From: a virus
Strand: one strand, 5' to 3'
Virus genome (UHGV): UHGV-0383221
Length of the DNA: 57,587 nucleotides
Below are positions 1 through 8,913 of this stretch, piece by piece. Each line of letters begins with the position of its first letter. The stretch's first letter is position 1. The notes beneath the pieces were generated by a model. It was not told where the DNA came from, ran no database searches, and saw only the letters and a program-made list of their open reading frames with translations. The position numbers were made by a program, and so were the translations under genes.

Positions 1-132
1 CATATCTGACGCCATTTTAATTCTTTCGATTGCCTTATGTTCTAAGTCCATTTTTCAAAAGGAGCCGGGATATCCCGTCAACGGTGGCCACCGCTCCGGC
101 CTCCTTTCTTAATCACTCAAATAGCGATTTTG

Positions 133-429
133 CTAACTTACAAATGCTTTATATTCCTCATAATCTACCAGTACGGTATCATATTCATCCCATTTCCTCA
201 CCAAGTCCATGGTCATTTTTACAGGCTTGTCACACTTGATCACGCCATGTCCATAATGCTTTCGGAAATCCTCAAGGCTATATAATTCGCACTTGTCATA
301 ATCCATAGTGCCTAAATATCCAGAAAAGCAACGCTTCTGCTCATCCTCGGTCCTTTCCCATCCCCATAAAGTGAATTGAGTACCGGAAGAGTGCTTGATA
401 CTTACGGCTAAATATTTTCTATCCTTCAT
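133..429 (-). CDS. hypothetical phage protein (98 aa)
   Basis: Intact ORF whose start overlaps the stop of the upstream DUF551 gene by ATGA, suggesting co-transcription. No recognisable motif. Confidence 0.45.
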   Translation of the reverse strand: MKDRKYLAVSIKHSSGTQFTLWGWERTEDEQKRCFSGYLGTMDYDKCELYSLEDFRKHYGHGVIKCDKPVKMTMDLVRKWDEYDTVLVDYEEYKAFVS

Positions 430-980
430 CCCTCTGCCTCCTTGTATGGCTCTGGTAATGGCATCCAGGCAATGATATCATCATGAGTAATCCCCGTTGG
501 AGTTATGTGCCAACTTTGTCCATTAGTACCATACCAAGCTACCAAAATCCACCTATCACCCGTACATACCAAGACATCCTCACGACCTTCTGGCATCCGC
601 TCCGCTACCGGGATCCATCCGGTAAGCATCTTGCCATTCATGATTTCTTCTGGTGTCAATCCGGTGTCCTCATACCTCATAAGCGCTTCCCTAACATCAG
701 CCAATGCCCACATAAGACGGTATACCAATGCAGTGCGTCCATTTGGGTCATTGATATCATATTGCAGGTCGTCCATCAGAACCTCTGCAAGGTCCCCATC
801 ATCATCTGGCAGTTTACTTACACCCTCTGCCTGGCCAAATCTACGGATAAAATCCCTTAGATCCATGTCTGAATCATAATCCCGATACCATGCCCATCTG
901 TCCTTTTGGTACATGCAATTATGTGCCAGTTCTGTCATGTTCATTTCTTTGGCTGGTTTTTCTGTTGTCATTCTTTTCAT
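426..980 (-). CDS. DUF551-domain phage protein
   Basis: C-terminal ...ILVAWYG...WMPLPEPYKE matches the conserved DUF551 tail (W-x-PLPEP). This family is common in the early/late junction of Firmicutes and enterobacterial phages. Confidence 0.6.
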   Translation of the reverse strand: MKRMTTEKPAKEMNMTELAHNCMYQKDRWAWYRDYDSDMDLRDFIRRFGQAEGVSKLPDDDGDLAEVLMDDLQYDINDPNGRTALVYRLMWALADVREALMRYEDTGLTPEEIMNGKMLTGWIPVAERMPEGREDVLVCTGDRWILVAWYGTNGQSWHITPTGITHDDIIAWMPLPEPYKEAEG

Positions 981-1278
981 TCCTCTGCCTCCTTACAATA
1001 GCCGCACAGCCCTTTACTAATTCCTCTTTTTCGGATAAGGTGATAGCCTCAATCATATAGGCAAACGAAATTTGACCGCGAATCCATGGCAAGTCTGCTC
1101 TATAGATAGGCTCCTCTGAACACCAATGGTCAACAAGGTTAAAAATTGTTTCCCTGACACGCTTTTTATTCATCATGGCTGATCCTCTTCTAAATCTGTG
1201 TTTACCGCTTCTGGCCTTCCAGGATGCAGTCCAACGCCAGCCTTGCAAAGATATTGGTTTCCTTTTCCGCCTCGGCAT
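919..1278 (-). CDS. hypothetical phage protein
   Basis: The ORF is real but its 5' end overlaps the 1202-1396 ORF. The true start is probably the internal MMNKKRVRET near 1176. Basic N-terminus. Confidence 0.35.
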   Translation of the reverse strand: MPRRKRKPISLQGWRWTASWKARSGKHRFRRGSAMMNKKRVRETIFNLVDHWCSEEPIYRADLPWIRGQISFAYMIEAITLSEKEELVKGCAAIVRRQRNEKNDNRKTSQRNEHDRTGT

Positions 1279-1396
1279 ATTCTTTTTGAGCGGCCTCTAC
1301 CCTGTCTCCAAGCGCATCGTCTATGTAGCCATCTTTCTTCCACATCTCGGCGAGCGCGTACCATTCGCGTCTCTTTCTCTCTCTTCGTCCCGACAT
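1202..1396 (-). CDS. small hypothetical protein (64 aa)
   Basis: Charged, coiled-coil-like small ORF. Overlaps the 3' end of 1321-1518 in another frame. Confidence 0.3.
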   Translation of the reverse strand: MSGRRERKRREWYALAEMWKKDGYIDDALGDRVEAAQKEYAEAEKETNIFARLALDCILEGQKR

Positions 1397-1518
1397 GCCT
1401 TATAATTCTCATAGAATCTTTCCGCAGTCTTTTTATCCGTCCCCATATTTTCCTCCTGTATCGCAAATAATTCTATTTGTCCATCACATTCGTAATGGTC
1501 AAATACCTCTAATCCCAT
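1321..1518 (-). CDS. small hypothetical protein (65 aa)
   Basis: Small ORF with good coding character. Its 76 nt overlap with 1202-1396 suggests a frameshift or sequencing error. Confidence 0.3.
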   Translation of the reverse strand: MGLEVFDHYECDGQIELFAIQEENMGTDKKTAERFYENYKACRDEERERDANGTRSPRCGRKMAT

Positions 1519-1553
1519 GGTTCCCGCTCTCCGCTAAAATGGGCATTTTCAGT

Positions 1554-2093
1554 TTACTTCATACCACTACATATTCTCTGCACAGTAGTCTGACTAGCTC
1601 CAATCTTCATGGCTATTTCCTTCAGAGTAAATCCTTGTTCTCTCAATTTAATTATTTCTGGATAGCACGGCCTACGTTTCCTAGTATGTATGCTTATAAT
1701 CTGTGTCACCGTAGAATACGAATAACCAGTTTCTTCAGAAATTCTCATTCTACTGATGCCCGATTTATATAACTCCATAATAATTCTAGAACGTTCTCTT
1801 TCGTCTGCTGCCTTCCTATTACGTTTTCCTGACCTCCCAGGTTTCTTGGAAATTAAAAGTTCTGGCCAAGTTAGACTTCTATGCATTTTTCCGGCTTCTA
1901 AGGTCACAAAGTATTTGTAAATTCCGCTGATTTCCATCTCTGTTTTTACAACCTTCAATCCACTGATTCCATCATCCCTTGGAACCTTCTCTGAATATTT
2001 TACTTTATCACCTATATGGATGGTTTTCTTGAAGGCATCCATTTCTTCCTTTGTGATTGGATTTCCTGACATTTTTCCGCTTCCCACATTCAT
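1554..2093 (-). CDS. HTH transcriptional regulator (sigma-70 region-4-like / ArpU-like late activator)
   Basis: C-terminal TLKEIAMKIGASQTTVQRICSGMK is a classic sigma-r4/LuxR-type HTH. A second HTH-like segment is ISRMRISEETGYSYSTVTQII. It sits between the replication genes and DUF551, where late-gene regulators usually lie. Confidence 0.5.
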   Translation of the reverse strand: MNVGSGKMSGNPITKEEMDAFKKTIHIGDKVKYSEKVPRDDGISGLKVVKTEMEISGIYKYFVTLEAGKMHRSLTWPELLISKKPGRSGKRNRKAADERERSRIIMELYKSGISRMRISEETGYSYSTVTQIISIHTRKRRPCYPEIIKLREQGFTLKEIAMKIGASQTTVQRICSGMK

Positions 2094-2109
2094 AGCAACA
2101 CCTCATTTC

Positions 2110-2346
2110 TCACAGCTTATATTCATAAAAATCCACATCCTCAACAAACCAGTCATCCCCAGCTCTGTACATTCTCATGCAGTCGATCTGCAAATCTGTG
2201 CACCCTTTCCACATCGGATTGACCATCAACATACTTCGCATGTACTGTCTCCGAAGGATAACTTCTTCCGGGGTCATCTCCAAGCCCATATGCGTTTCCA
2301 CATCTACCCGGTGCCTTGCAAGCTTTGCTGCATACCTTTCATCCAT
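2110..2346 (-). CDS. hypothetical phage protein (78 aa)
   Basis: Compact ORF in the minus-strand early operon. Overlaps the next gene by 8 nt. Confidence 0.4.
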   Translation of the reverse strand: MDERYAAKLARHRVDVETHMGLEMTPEEVILRRQYMRSMLMVNPMWKGCTDLQIDCMRMYRAGDDWFVEDVDFYEYKL

Positions 2347-2887
2347 TTGGAGGCTCCTTCATAGTGAGTGCGCAGACAGCCTGGGATATTTTTTGTTCCA
2401 ATAAGGCGGCCTTTTCATTCCTCACCGACAACGGAAGTGCATTTTCTTTTTTCTGCCGTTCCATCTTCACTTTGTAGTTATCCCGAAAGAATGCACGTTC
2501 TGCCATGATATTTTCACTTTGACATAGATTTTGCCATCCGATGTTTCTCACAACACTTTTGCACGGTTCTGGAAAGCTGTCCAATGCCTCAGATTCCCTC
2601 ATATAGCCGTATGTTCGTATTGCCCTGATTACTGTCCCCCACGCCTCATCTACATCCATCGTTACCGTTGTGAGTGTTTCTGTGGCCGCTTGGCGTATCT
2701 CAGCAACCGTTGGCGGAAACTTGTTGGTTACGGCATGCTGCTTAAGGGCACTCATTGCCGCTGGGAAAGGAAGATCGCCCAACAAATCATACCACCAGTC
2801 CATGGCATCCTTGGATGACAGTAGGTTGTCCTTGGGGTATGCTACTTTTACCCGGTCTGCAAATACAGCAAATTCCTTTCTCGTCAT
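2339..2887 (-). CDS. hypothetical replication-module protein (182 aa)
   Basis: ORF immediately downstream of the replisome-organiser gene, overlapping it by ATGA. No diagnostic motif. Confidence 0.45.
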   Translation of the reverse strand: MTRKEFAVFADRVKVAYPKDNLLSSKDAMDWWYDLLGDLPFPAAMSALKQHAVTNKFPPTVAEIRQAATETLTTVTMDVDEAWGTVIRAIRTYGYMRESEALDSFPEPCKSVVRNIGWQNLCQSENIMAERAFFRDNYKVKMERQKKENALPLSVRNEKAALLEQKISQAVCALTMKEPPNG

Positions 2888-3756
2888 TGTTCTTCACCCT
2901 CCATTGCCCAGTCATACATCATTTCACGGCACTGACGTTGCTTGTCCGCTACTACATTGACGGACTCATTTCGGGAAGCAAACCTATCGTTGTTGTAATT
3001 GCCATCAAGAACCTTTGCCATATTGGCATCACAGATTAGCCAGTCAAATGTGGCTGCCCAGTTCTTACGGTTTTTACCCTTCAGGAAATCGCTCCTCTCA
3101 GCTATATCAAACAACTGTCGGAAATCATCCACCGTGTATCCACTGTTTAATCGTGCTCTCAAAGCAGCGGTTCTCTTGTTAGACAGCTTTGTGACCCGGG
3201 GGTACGATTTGCAGAGCGAATTGTACAGAGTAATTATCTCCTGATAATTACGATAATCTTTTTTATTCCCTTCTTCTCTTTCTTCAGGTTCTTCCCTTAT
3301 TTCTTTATTTCCTTCTTCTATTGTTGTTAACTGCCTGTTAATAGCTTGTGGATTGCTTGTGAACTGATTGTTATCTGATTGTGAACTGCCTGTGGTTTCA
3401 GTGTGTTCCTGCGTGTGGATACATTGATACTGACAGTAGTTTTTTATTGTAAATACAGTGTATTTATTGTGTGAACTGCTTGTGATTTCGCCTGTTGACT
3501 TTAGATGTGAAATGGCTGTTCGCGCTTCGTTGATTGTTAGCCCGGTTTCCAGCGATAATATTGCCAATGATGATACAAATGCCCCCCTCGGAACATCTAT
3601 ACCCTTGAACCTACCATCTTTCCAGTTGGCCTTTATCAACATGTGCAGAAAAAGGACCTTGGTATTCAAGTCTTTATACCATTCCCATTCCATTATCTTT
3701 CGGCTGATAATGATATAATCTCCTGCCACATTCATCCCCTCATCATAATTCCTCAA
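2884..3756 (-). CDS. phage replisome organiser / replication initiation protein (DnaD-like N-terminus + conserved phage C-terminal domain)
   Basis: N-terminus IISRKIMEWEWYKD...KVLFLHMLIKANWKDGRF resembles the phage_rep_org_N family. C-terminus LSNKRTAALRARLNSGYTVDDFRQLFDIAERSDFLKGKN...WAATFDWLI resembles the conserved phage C-terminal domain that often accompanies it. Confidence 0.55.
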   Translation of the reverse strand: MRNYDEGMNVAGDYIIISRKIMEWEWYKDLNTKVLFLHMLIKANWKDGRFKGIDVPRGAFVSSLAILSLETGLTINEARTAISHLKSTGEITSSSHNKYTVFTIKNYCQYQCIHTQEHTETTGSSQSDNNQFTSNPQAINRQLTTIEEGNKEIREEPEEREEGNKKDYRNYQEIITLYNSLCKSYPRVTKLSNKRTAALRARLNSGYTVDDFRQLFDIAERSDFLKGKNRKNWAATFDWLICDANMAKVLDGNYNNDRFASRNESVNVVADKQRQCREMMYDWAMEGEEQ

Positions 3757-4138
3757 TTACCACCTCAACCCATGGTTCCTTGTCAGTGTAATAAAATTCA
3801 TGGGTGGTGTTTTTGACCCAGTCAGGCCCATCATCTGGTATCACCTTGCATTGCTGCAGGGCATCCTGAATAACTTTATCTGCCAGACTAAATATGTTCA
3901 TGAAATCCCTGCGTTGCCCCTTACGCGGCTCATAGAATCTGTAGTGGAGAATGATAGGCCTATTGACTTTTAACCGCCTTAATTGCAGCCTGATTGCGTT
4001 TGATGCAACCATCATGTAATCCCGTTTCATCTTTCCACCATTCTTCGGATTCTTTCCGCATTCGTGAAGATAATCATTTAAGCTTGGGAAGGTCTTGTCT
4101 CCATAGAACCTGCCACGTATAACAAATTTATGTTCCAT
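3743..4138 (-). CDS. RusA-like Holliday junction resolvase (putative)
   Basis: 131 aa, the size class of RusA. Contains DALQQCKVIPDDGPDWV, resembling the acidic catalytic segment of RusA. Sits next to the replication genes. Confidence 0.4.
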   Translation of the reverse strand: MEHKFVIRGRFYGDKTFPSLNDYLHECGKNPKNGGKMKRDYMMVASNAIRLQLRRLKVNRPIILHYRFYEPRKGQRRDFMNIFSLADKVIQDALQQCKVIPDDGPDWVKNTTHEFYYTDKEPWVEVVIEEL

Positions 4139-4274
4139 TATCCATCTCCTCGGGAGGAAGGGCAGCCGGTCAGGAACTGCCCCTCATGTCCAACCAATGG
4201 CAAATACTGTGACATATCTGGTAAAGATTGGACAAGTGCATTAACCATCTATGTAAAGGCTCTAGCCTATACAA

Positions 4275-4997
4275 CTAAGAAATAATAATAAACCTTCCAT
4301 ACCCTTTAAGCTGTTCTTTCAAATACTCTTTGATAGACGCTGTTGCATGGTTCTTCCACTCTCCTCCATCAGCCTCGAATATCGCACACTGGACGCCTTC
4401 ATACTTATCTGATTTCATTCGGAAGATAAAATCACTAGCAGGCTGCCGGACTTCTTGAAATGTCCTGTATGGCCTTAAGCGTACCGGATTAGGCACTTTT
4501 GCGTCTGTCTTAGATGAGATTCCGCTTTTAACAGTGGCCTTTTGAGTGACCCCATCATCTCCGTATTCAGCCACAGTTCCATCTTCAACCGTTCCAGCAA
4601 ATTTCAATACCAACGCCCGATCTGTATCGGAATCATCCATAAATTTGGATTGCAGACCAATACAGAAGTTCTCATGCTCTATAAACTTTCCAAACGGAAA
4701 CATTGGCACCTGGGCATTTACAACTACCATGTTTTCCCTGATTCTTTCATTGTCAAGCTGGGAATACAGTGCTACCTTAGTGGGATTCATAACATGAACA
4801 ATCATCTTATCCGCCATAGGATCAATGTTACCTTTTATGTAATCCACAAGACTGGTGAGGGTATTCATTTCTATTTCCTGGGCCTTAGGATTAAATGTAA
4901 TACGCGTTAACTCCTTATCAGAATATGTCTGGTTTCCAATCTCAGTAATCACCGGTGCCTTTAATCCTACAATGTACTGTAATGCCTCTTTAATCAT
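4275..4997 (-). CDS. hypothetical phage protein (240 aa)
   Basis: Long intact ORF with good coding character. No motif recognised. Confidence 0.5.
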   Translation of the reverse strand: MIKEALQYIVGLKAPVITEIGNQTYSDKELTRITFNPKAQEIEMNTLTSLVDYIKGNIDPMADKMIVHVMNPTKVALYSQLDNERIRENMVVVNAQVPMFPFGKFIEHENFCIGLQSKFMDDSDTDRALVLKFAGTVEDGTVAEYGDDGVTQKATVKSGISSKTDAKVPNPVRLRPYRTFQEVRQPASDFIFRMKSDKYEGVQCAIFEADGGEWKNHATASIKEYLKEQLKGYGRFIIIS

Positions 4998-5013
4998 AGT
5001 CCTTATCCTCCTC

Positions 5014-5466
5014 TTAAGCCTGCCTTATGGCCCTAAAATCAACTACAACGTTCTTTTCAACTGTTGGTTCTTCTAAAACCTCACCGGTACTGGTATCTAT
5101 TGTCTTTCCATCAACAACTGCTTTTCCAGCCTTCTCCTGCACTGCATTCCAGTCATTAAGGGACATCTGACCCTTAACCTGTTTTCCGTATTCTTCTGCA
5201 TAAACCTCTCCGGTATCTAAATCAGTTCCAATTGACATCCGGGTAACAATGGGGCTAGAATGTGCCAGTTTCTTCTCAACTACCACATCTACTGCTGTAT
5301 CATCCCGATCTTCGTTTTGCTGGAATGAAATCTTGATTGTAATTCCTCTCTTATTTTTCCATGGTGTATTCGGATCCTGCATATTCTGTAGTACCTCATC
5401 CATTGCTCGGTCTACCTTTTCCTGCAGGGCACCACCTGCAAATGTTTCCAGATTTACCTTTGACAT
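5014..5466 (-). CDS. hypothetical phage protein (150 aa)
   Basis: Intact ORF in the operon, 16 nt from the upstream gene. Confidence 0.45.
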   Translation of the reverse strand: MSKVNLETFAGGALQEKVDRAMDEVLQNMQDPNTPWKNKRGITIKISFQQNEDRDDTAVDVVVEKKLAHSSPIVTRMSIGTDLDTGEVYAEEYGKQVKGQMSLNDWNAVQEKAGKAVVDGKTIDTSTGEVLEEPTVEKNVVVDFRAIRQA

Positions 5467-5681
5467 TAGTCTTCTCCTCCCTCGTACTTTGCATTCTTAT
5501 TGGCAAACCCCGGTAACCTCAATTTCTGTAAAGTATTTGCCATCTTTTCAGCCAAGCTTATCCCAGGTGCCTTCTTAACACGCTTAGCATAAGCTCTATT
5601 CTCAAAATTCCTATAAATACTATCCGCTCCATTGTGATATGAATAGTGACTACGCTGCATATGTTTAATTCTTCCCGACAT
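5466..5681 (-). CDS. small basic protein (71 aa)
   Basis: Lys/Arg/Tyr-rich small ORF. Its stop overlaps the start of the next gene by 1 nt. Confidence 0.35.
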   Translation of the reverse strand: MSGRIKHMQRSHYSYHNGADSIYRNFENRAYAKRVKKAPGISLAEKMANTLQKLRLPGFANKNAKYEGGED

Positions 5682-5690
5682 GTTCTCCTC

Positions 5691-6002
5691 CTATAAATAA
5701 TTTATTTTGTATCGCCGCATAAATACCGCTTTGGCTTCCTCCAGGCTATGACCCTGTGCACAATAATTCCGTTCAAAAATAGCCTGTCCCAACATTCTTG
5801 ACAATTTTTCTGCTGCCGGATTATCATGTATACGCTCTAACAAACTTCCCATATTATGGTTCTTGTTGCAGGACGGAATAATCAATCCATCCTGATCAGC
5901 CAGTACGCGAAGAGAATTTCCAAAAATCAAATGATGATCACATTCCTTTAGGCCACCGCAAAAGAAACAGATTGTATCATATTCTGTTACAGTACTTTTC
6001 AT
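5691..6002 (-). CDS. Cys/His zinc-binding protein, HNH-like (putative)
   Basis: CFFCGG...CDHHLIFG...PSCNKNHN resembles an HNH / zinc-finger core. Sits next to the recombination genes. Confidence 0.35.
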   Translation of the reverse strand: MKSTVTEYDTICFFCGGLKECDHHLIFGNSLRVLADQDGLIIPSCNKNHNMGSLLERIHDNPAAEKLSRMLGQAIFERNYCAQGHSLEEAKAVFMRRYKINYL

Positions 6003-6844
6003 TAGACATCACCTATCAATTCTGAAAAATGAATGGGCTTACCCAGTACCTTTGTGGACTTGCAGTAATCGCACAGTTCACAGCGTATAGGTTCTATCTC
6101 GCCTGATTTAAGCATCTGAATCTTAGGGGCATTGGCCTTGACAGCTTCCAGACACTCCCGTAGCCGCATGTCATCTACGTAGATTACAGCAATGTCCGTT
6201 ACCTTGCCTTTATCTGCAGCACATATGTATGTAGGTAACCGCTCTCCTGTATTCTGATAATAGATTTCCTGGTAGATTGCAAGCTGAATATCATATCCCC
6301 AATATGTGATAAAATCCATATGGCCATAATCCCTTACCCAAAACTGTTTTGATAGGTCTTGCATCACCTTCAGATCAACAATACATTTCCCTCGATGCAA
6401 GCTATCCATTTTGATTTTGAAGGGTACACCAGCAATCTCGCCGGTCATAATTACTTGTTTCTCTCCGCTCATATATGCGGAGAATAGGGTATCTTTCTCG
6501 CAACGCCGGTATATCTGCTCTGCTTTTATAAATTCCGCCTTTAACTGGCCCTTGCGTTCTCCTCGGGATACAAACAATTCTGGATGTTCTTCCTGAAACT
6601 GCTCTATCGTACCCTCGTACCGGGCATCCACATATGATCCAATAAGCATATCTATGGATGTTTCAAATTCCCAATCACCTCGTAGCTGCGCCAACATAGT
6701 AGCCTCACAACCAGGACGGCCAATACAGCCTATCGCCTGTTTATATTGACTGGCAGAGCAGAATAGCTGATTTGTCTCAGGTAAATAATAGTTTTCCTGG
6801 CTTAATATAAACCCCTTATTCATGTGCAGTATCTCCCAATACAT
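6002..6844 (-). CDS. PD-(D/E)xK exonuclease with C-terminal Cys cluster (Cas4 / RecB-family, phage-type)
   Basis: GKCIVDLKVMQD is a D-x-K active-site motif. The C-terminal CELCDYC...C is a Cas4-like Fe-S cysteine cluster. Located next to a single-strand-annealing-type protein. Confidence 0.6.
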   Translation of the reverse strand: MYWEILHMNKGFILSQENYYLPETNQLFCSASQYKQAIGCIGRPGCEATMLAQLRGDWEFETSIDMLIGSYVDARYEGTIEQFQEEHPELFVSRGERKGQLKAEFIKAEQIYRRCEKDTLFSAYMSGEKQVIMTGEIAGVPFKIKMDSLHRGKCIVDLKVMQDLSKQFWVRDYGHMDFITYWGYDIQLAIYQEIYYQNTGERLPTYICAADKGKVTDIAVIYVDDMRLRECLEAVKANAPKIQMLKSGEIEPIRCELCDYCKSTKVLGKPIHFSELIGDV

Positions 6845-7475
6845 TTATTGCTTCTATTCGTTGAGGCTTGTGATTCATATCTTCTGCCTCACCTTCTGTG
6901 GCAAATCCATTTAGTTCGTTTGGACAATACATCCTTGCAAAAAAAGTTGCAGCCCTATATCCCAACATCTGTTCTGGCATGTTTTTCCACTTAGTATTAC
7001 TGATCCATCCCTCTGATTTAACCATCTGCATTGTAATTTCAGTTCCTTCAATCCGCTTTCCATCAGATATCCGAGTTGCAACCACCTTGCAACTTCTTGA
7101 ATCAGTTCCTTTTTCTCCAGAATACACATAATCAACGTCACGAAACTTTCCACATCCCTGAATAATCATCATGCACCCTTGACCACTCCAGCTAGGGACC
7201 CCCTTTACTACATATAAGTTCTGCATGACCATTAGAGGACTAACCCCCATCCTATTGGCTTGTTCAAGTGCAATTACGCAGTTCATTGGTTTTCCCTTAT
7301 ATGTTGCCGGAATCATATCAGACTGTGAAATTAGCTGTGCCATTTTGAAAATATTGTTAAACTGATCTGTATCCGAGAATGGATTAGTTGCTAAAGCCGT
7401 ACGCTTTACTGTGGAAACCACGTTTTCTGATTTATTCTCTTCTTGTAATAATGCTTGCTTTTCATTCTCTGCCAT
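6816..7475 (-). CDS. single-strand annealing protein, RecT-like (putative)
   Basis: 219 aa, immediately upstream of and overlapping the exonuclease gene, the classic exo/SSAP arrangement. Weak similarity to RecT-family features only. Confidence 0.35.
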   Translation of the reverse strand: MAENEKQALLQEENKSENVVSTVKRTALATNPFSDTDQFNNIFKMAQLISQSDMIPATYKGKPMNCVIALEQANRMGVSPLMVMQNLYVVKGVPSWSGQGCMMIIQGCGKFRDVDYVYSGEKGTDSRSCKVVATRISDGKRIEGTEITMQMVKSEGWISNTKWKNMPEQMLGYRAATFFARMYCPNELNGFATEGEAEDMNHKPQRIEAINVLGDTAHE

Positions 7476-7746
7476 TTAAAACCTCATCTTCCTTTACATA
7501 ACGATATCCGGGAACCCTTAAGGCTCTTGGAAATCCGGGATCATCTGTTTCCAGTTTTCCTTCCTTAATCAGCTGCTTCACATGGCTGTGTACGGAGCTG
7601 GTTGATTTGAGCCCAACTCCATCCCCAATTTCTTTTACGGTGGGTGAATACCCATGTTGGATAATATATCTGGTTATGAAATCCATGATTTTCTTTCTAA
7701 CTTGGATTCCGTGATATATTGTTTCATTGCCCAGTATCATCTCCAT
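7462..7746 (-). CDS. LexA N-terminal DNA-binding-domain protein (no peptidase domain)
   Basis: HGYSPTVKEIGDGVGLKSTSSVHSHVKQLIKEGKL matches the LexA winged-HTH almost residue for residue. The protein ends after 94 aa with no S24 peptidase domain. Confidence 0.55.
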   Translation of the reverse strand: MEMILGNETIYHGIQVRKKIMDFITRYIIQHGYSPTVKEIGDGVGLKSTSSVHSHVKQLIKEGKLETDDPGFPRALRVPGYRYVKEDEVLNGRE

Positions 7747-7893
7747 CCTCCCTTATGTAGTTCCCAGAAAAGAACCATTCAACGAAAGCCTGTTTGTCTT
7801 CTGGCGGTTCATTCCGCATTGCATTAAGTGCAAATTCAAACGCATCCTTTTCCTCAATCACAAATCCTGCCCTATGTCCTATACCTACATACC

Positions 7894-8103
7894 TCATGCG
7901 TAAGGAAGCTCCTCATTACTTGGGTCAAACGCTTTCGGATTATAATTTGTGTGTTCAAAGCCTGTGATCGTTTCAAAATCAGAACGGTACATAGCGTTAT
8001 TTTCCGGGCGGCTGAAGTGCCGGTCTAAAATATCTAGCTTTATCTTTGATTCAAGTAAAGATTGGTACTCTTCTTGACTTAACGAAATTCTCATATCATG
8101 CAT
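7894..8103 (-). CDS. small hypothetical protein (69 aa)
   Basis: Small acidic ORF in the operon. Confidence 0.3.
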   Translation of the reverse strand: MHDMRISLSQEEYQSLLESKIKLDILDRHFSRPENNAMYRSDFETITGFEHTNYNPKAFDPSNEELPYA

Positions 8104-8313
8104 TTACAAAATCCTCCTTCTTGTGCTATACTTATATTGAGTAAATATCCTAGCGCCGAAGAGAAGTTGCAGCTTCCTTGGCGCATTTTTTATTTCAACA
8201 ACGCGATAAGACAATTTCCGATTGCAATAATAAATGTAATAGCCCAGCTTAAACAGATCATGAAATCCTTTGTCCTGTCTTGTTGCTTCAATTCGCGATA
8301 TTTTCCTTTCCAA
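8104..8313 (-). CDS. small hypothetical protein (69 aa)
   Basis: Small basic ORF in the operon. Confidence 0.3.
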   Translation of the reverse strand: MERKISRIEATRQDKGFHDLFKLGYYIYYCNRKLSYRVVEIKNAPRKLQLLFGARIFTQYKYSTRRRIL

Positions 8314-8324
8314 TATGAATCCAT

Positions 8325-8549
8325 TTATCTATCACCCCTTTCCAAAATATTAATAGCCTGCACACCTTTATGGACATTAGTTATATCAAACAAAACCTTC
8401 TGACCAGGATAAGTTGTTTTAAAGCCATCTTTAAGCAAGTTGGTATAATGGAAAAAATAATCTTGTCCATTTTCTGCCGTGATATATCCATATCCCTTCT
8501 TTTTGTCAAACCATTTAACGGTTCCGGTGAAATTCCTTGATAATCCCAA
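8325..8549 (-). CDS. cold-shock protein (CspA family)
   Basis: GTVKWFDKKKGYGYITAENGQDYFFHYT...GQKVLFDI matches the RNP1/RNP2 motifs of the cold-shock domain. 74 aa. Confidence 0.7.
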   Translation of the reverse strand: MGLSRNFTGTVKWFDKKKGYGYITAENGQDYFFHYTNLLKDGFKTTYPGQKVLFDITNVHKGVQAINILERGDR

Positions 8550-8569
8550 CTCAAATTCCTCCTATCCTA

Positions 8570-8827
8570 TCAACTAATATCTAAAACATCTTCCTGCGGT
8601 AACTTAGGTTCTCCATCTGATAGATATACCTTGATTCCCATATTCCATAGTTCCTGTATGGAGAATTCTTCCGGATGTTTCTTCCGTTGCGAAAATGTCC
8701 ACGGTGATACCCCAGCTTTCCGTGCCATTTCTTCATCACCAAATCCATCCAATGTCTTGCGGCTGTTTATGCAGGCCATTATCCTGCGGCGTTTCATAGT
8801 AATCTCAAGAGGCTTACTTTTGGGCAC
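8570..8827 (-). CDS. small DNA-binding-like protein (85 aa)
   Basis: Basic N-terminus and a helix-turn-helix-like ARKAGVSPWTFSQRKK segment. Confidence 0.35.
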   Translation of the reverse strand: MPKSKPLEITMKRRRIMACINSRKTLDGFGDEEMARKAGVSPWTFSQRKKHPEEFSIQELWNMGIKVYLSDGEPKLPQEDVLDIS

Positions 8828-8913
8828 CCCTTTCCCCCTCCTTCCTGCTTGCCTTTTTTCTCCCCCTGGTCTATACTGTATTTACAGGTGTTACGGCGCT
8901 GAGTATAAAACTC

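Noticed and set aside
483-879. Plus-strand ORFs 483-860 and 505-879 (about 125 aa each)
   Set aside because: Both are antisense to and fully inside the DUF551 gene. They have Pro/Ser-rich low-complexity translations and no RBS.
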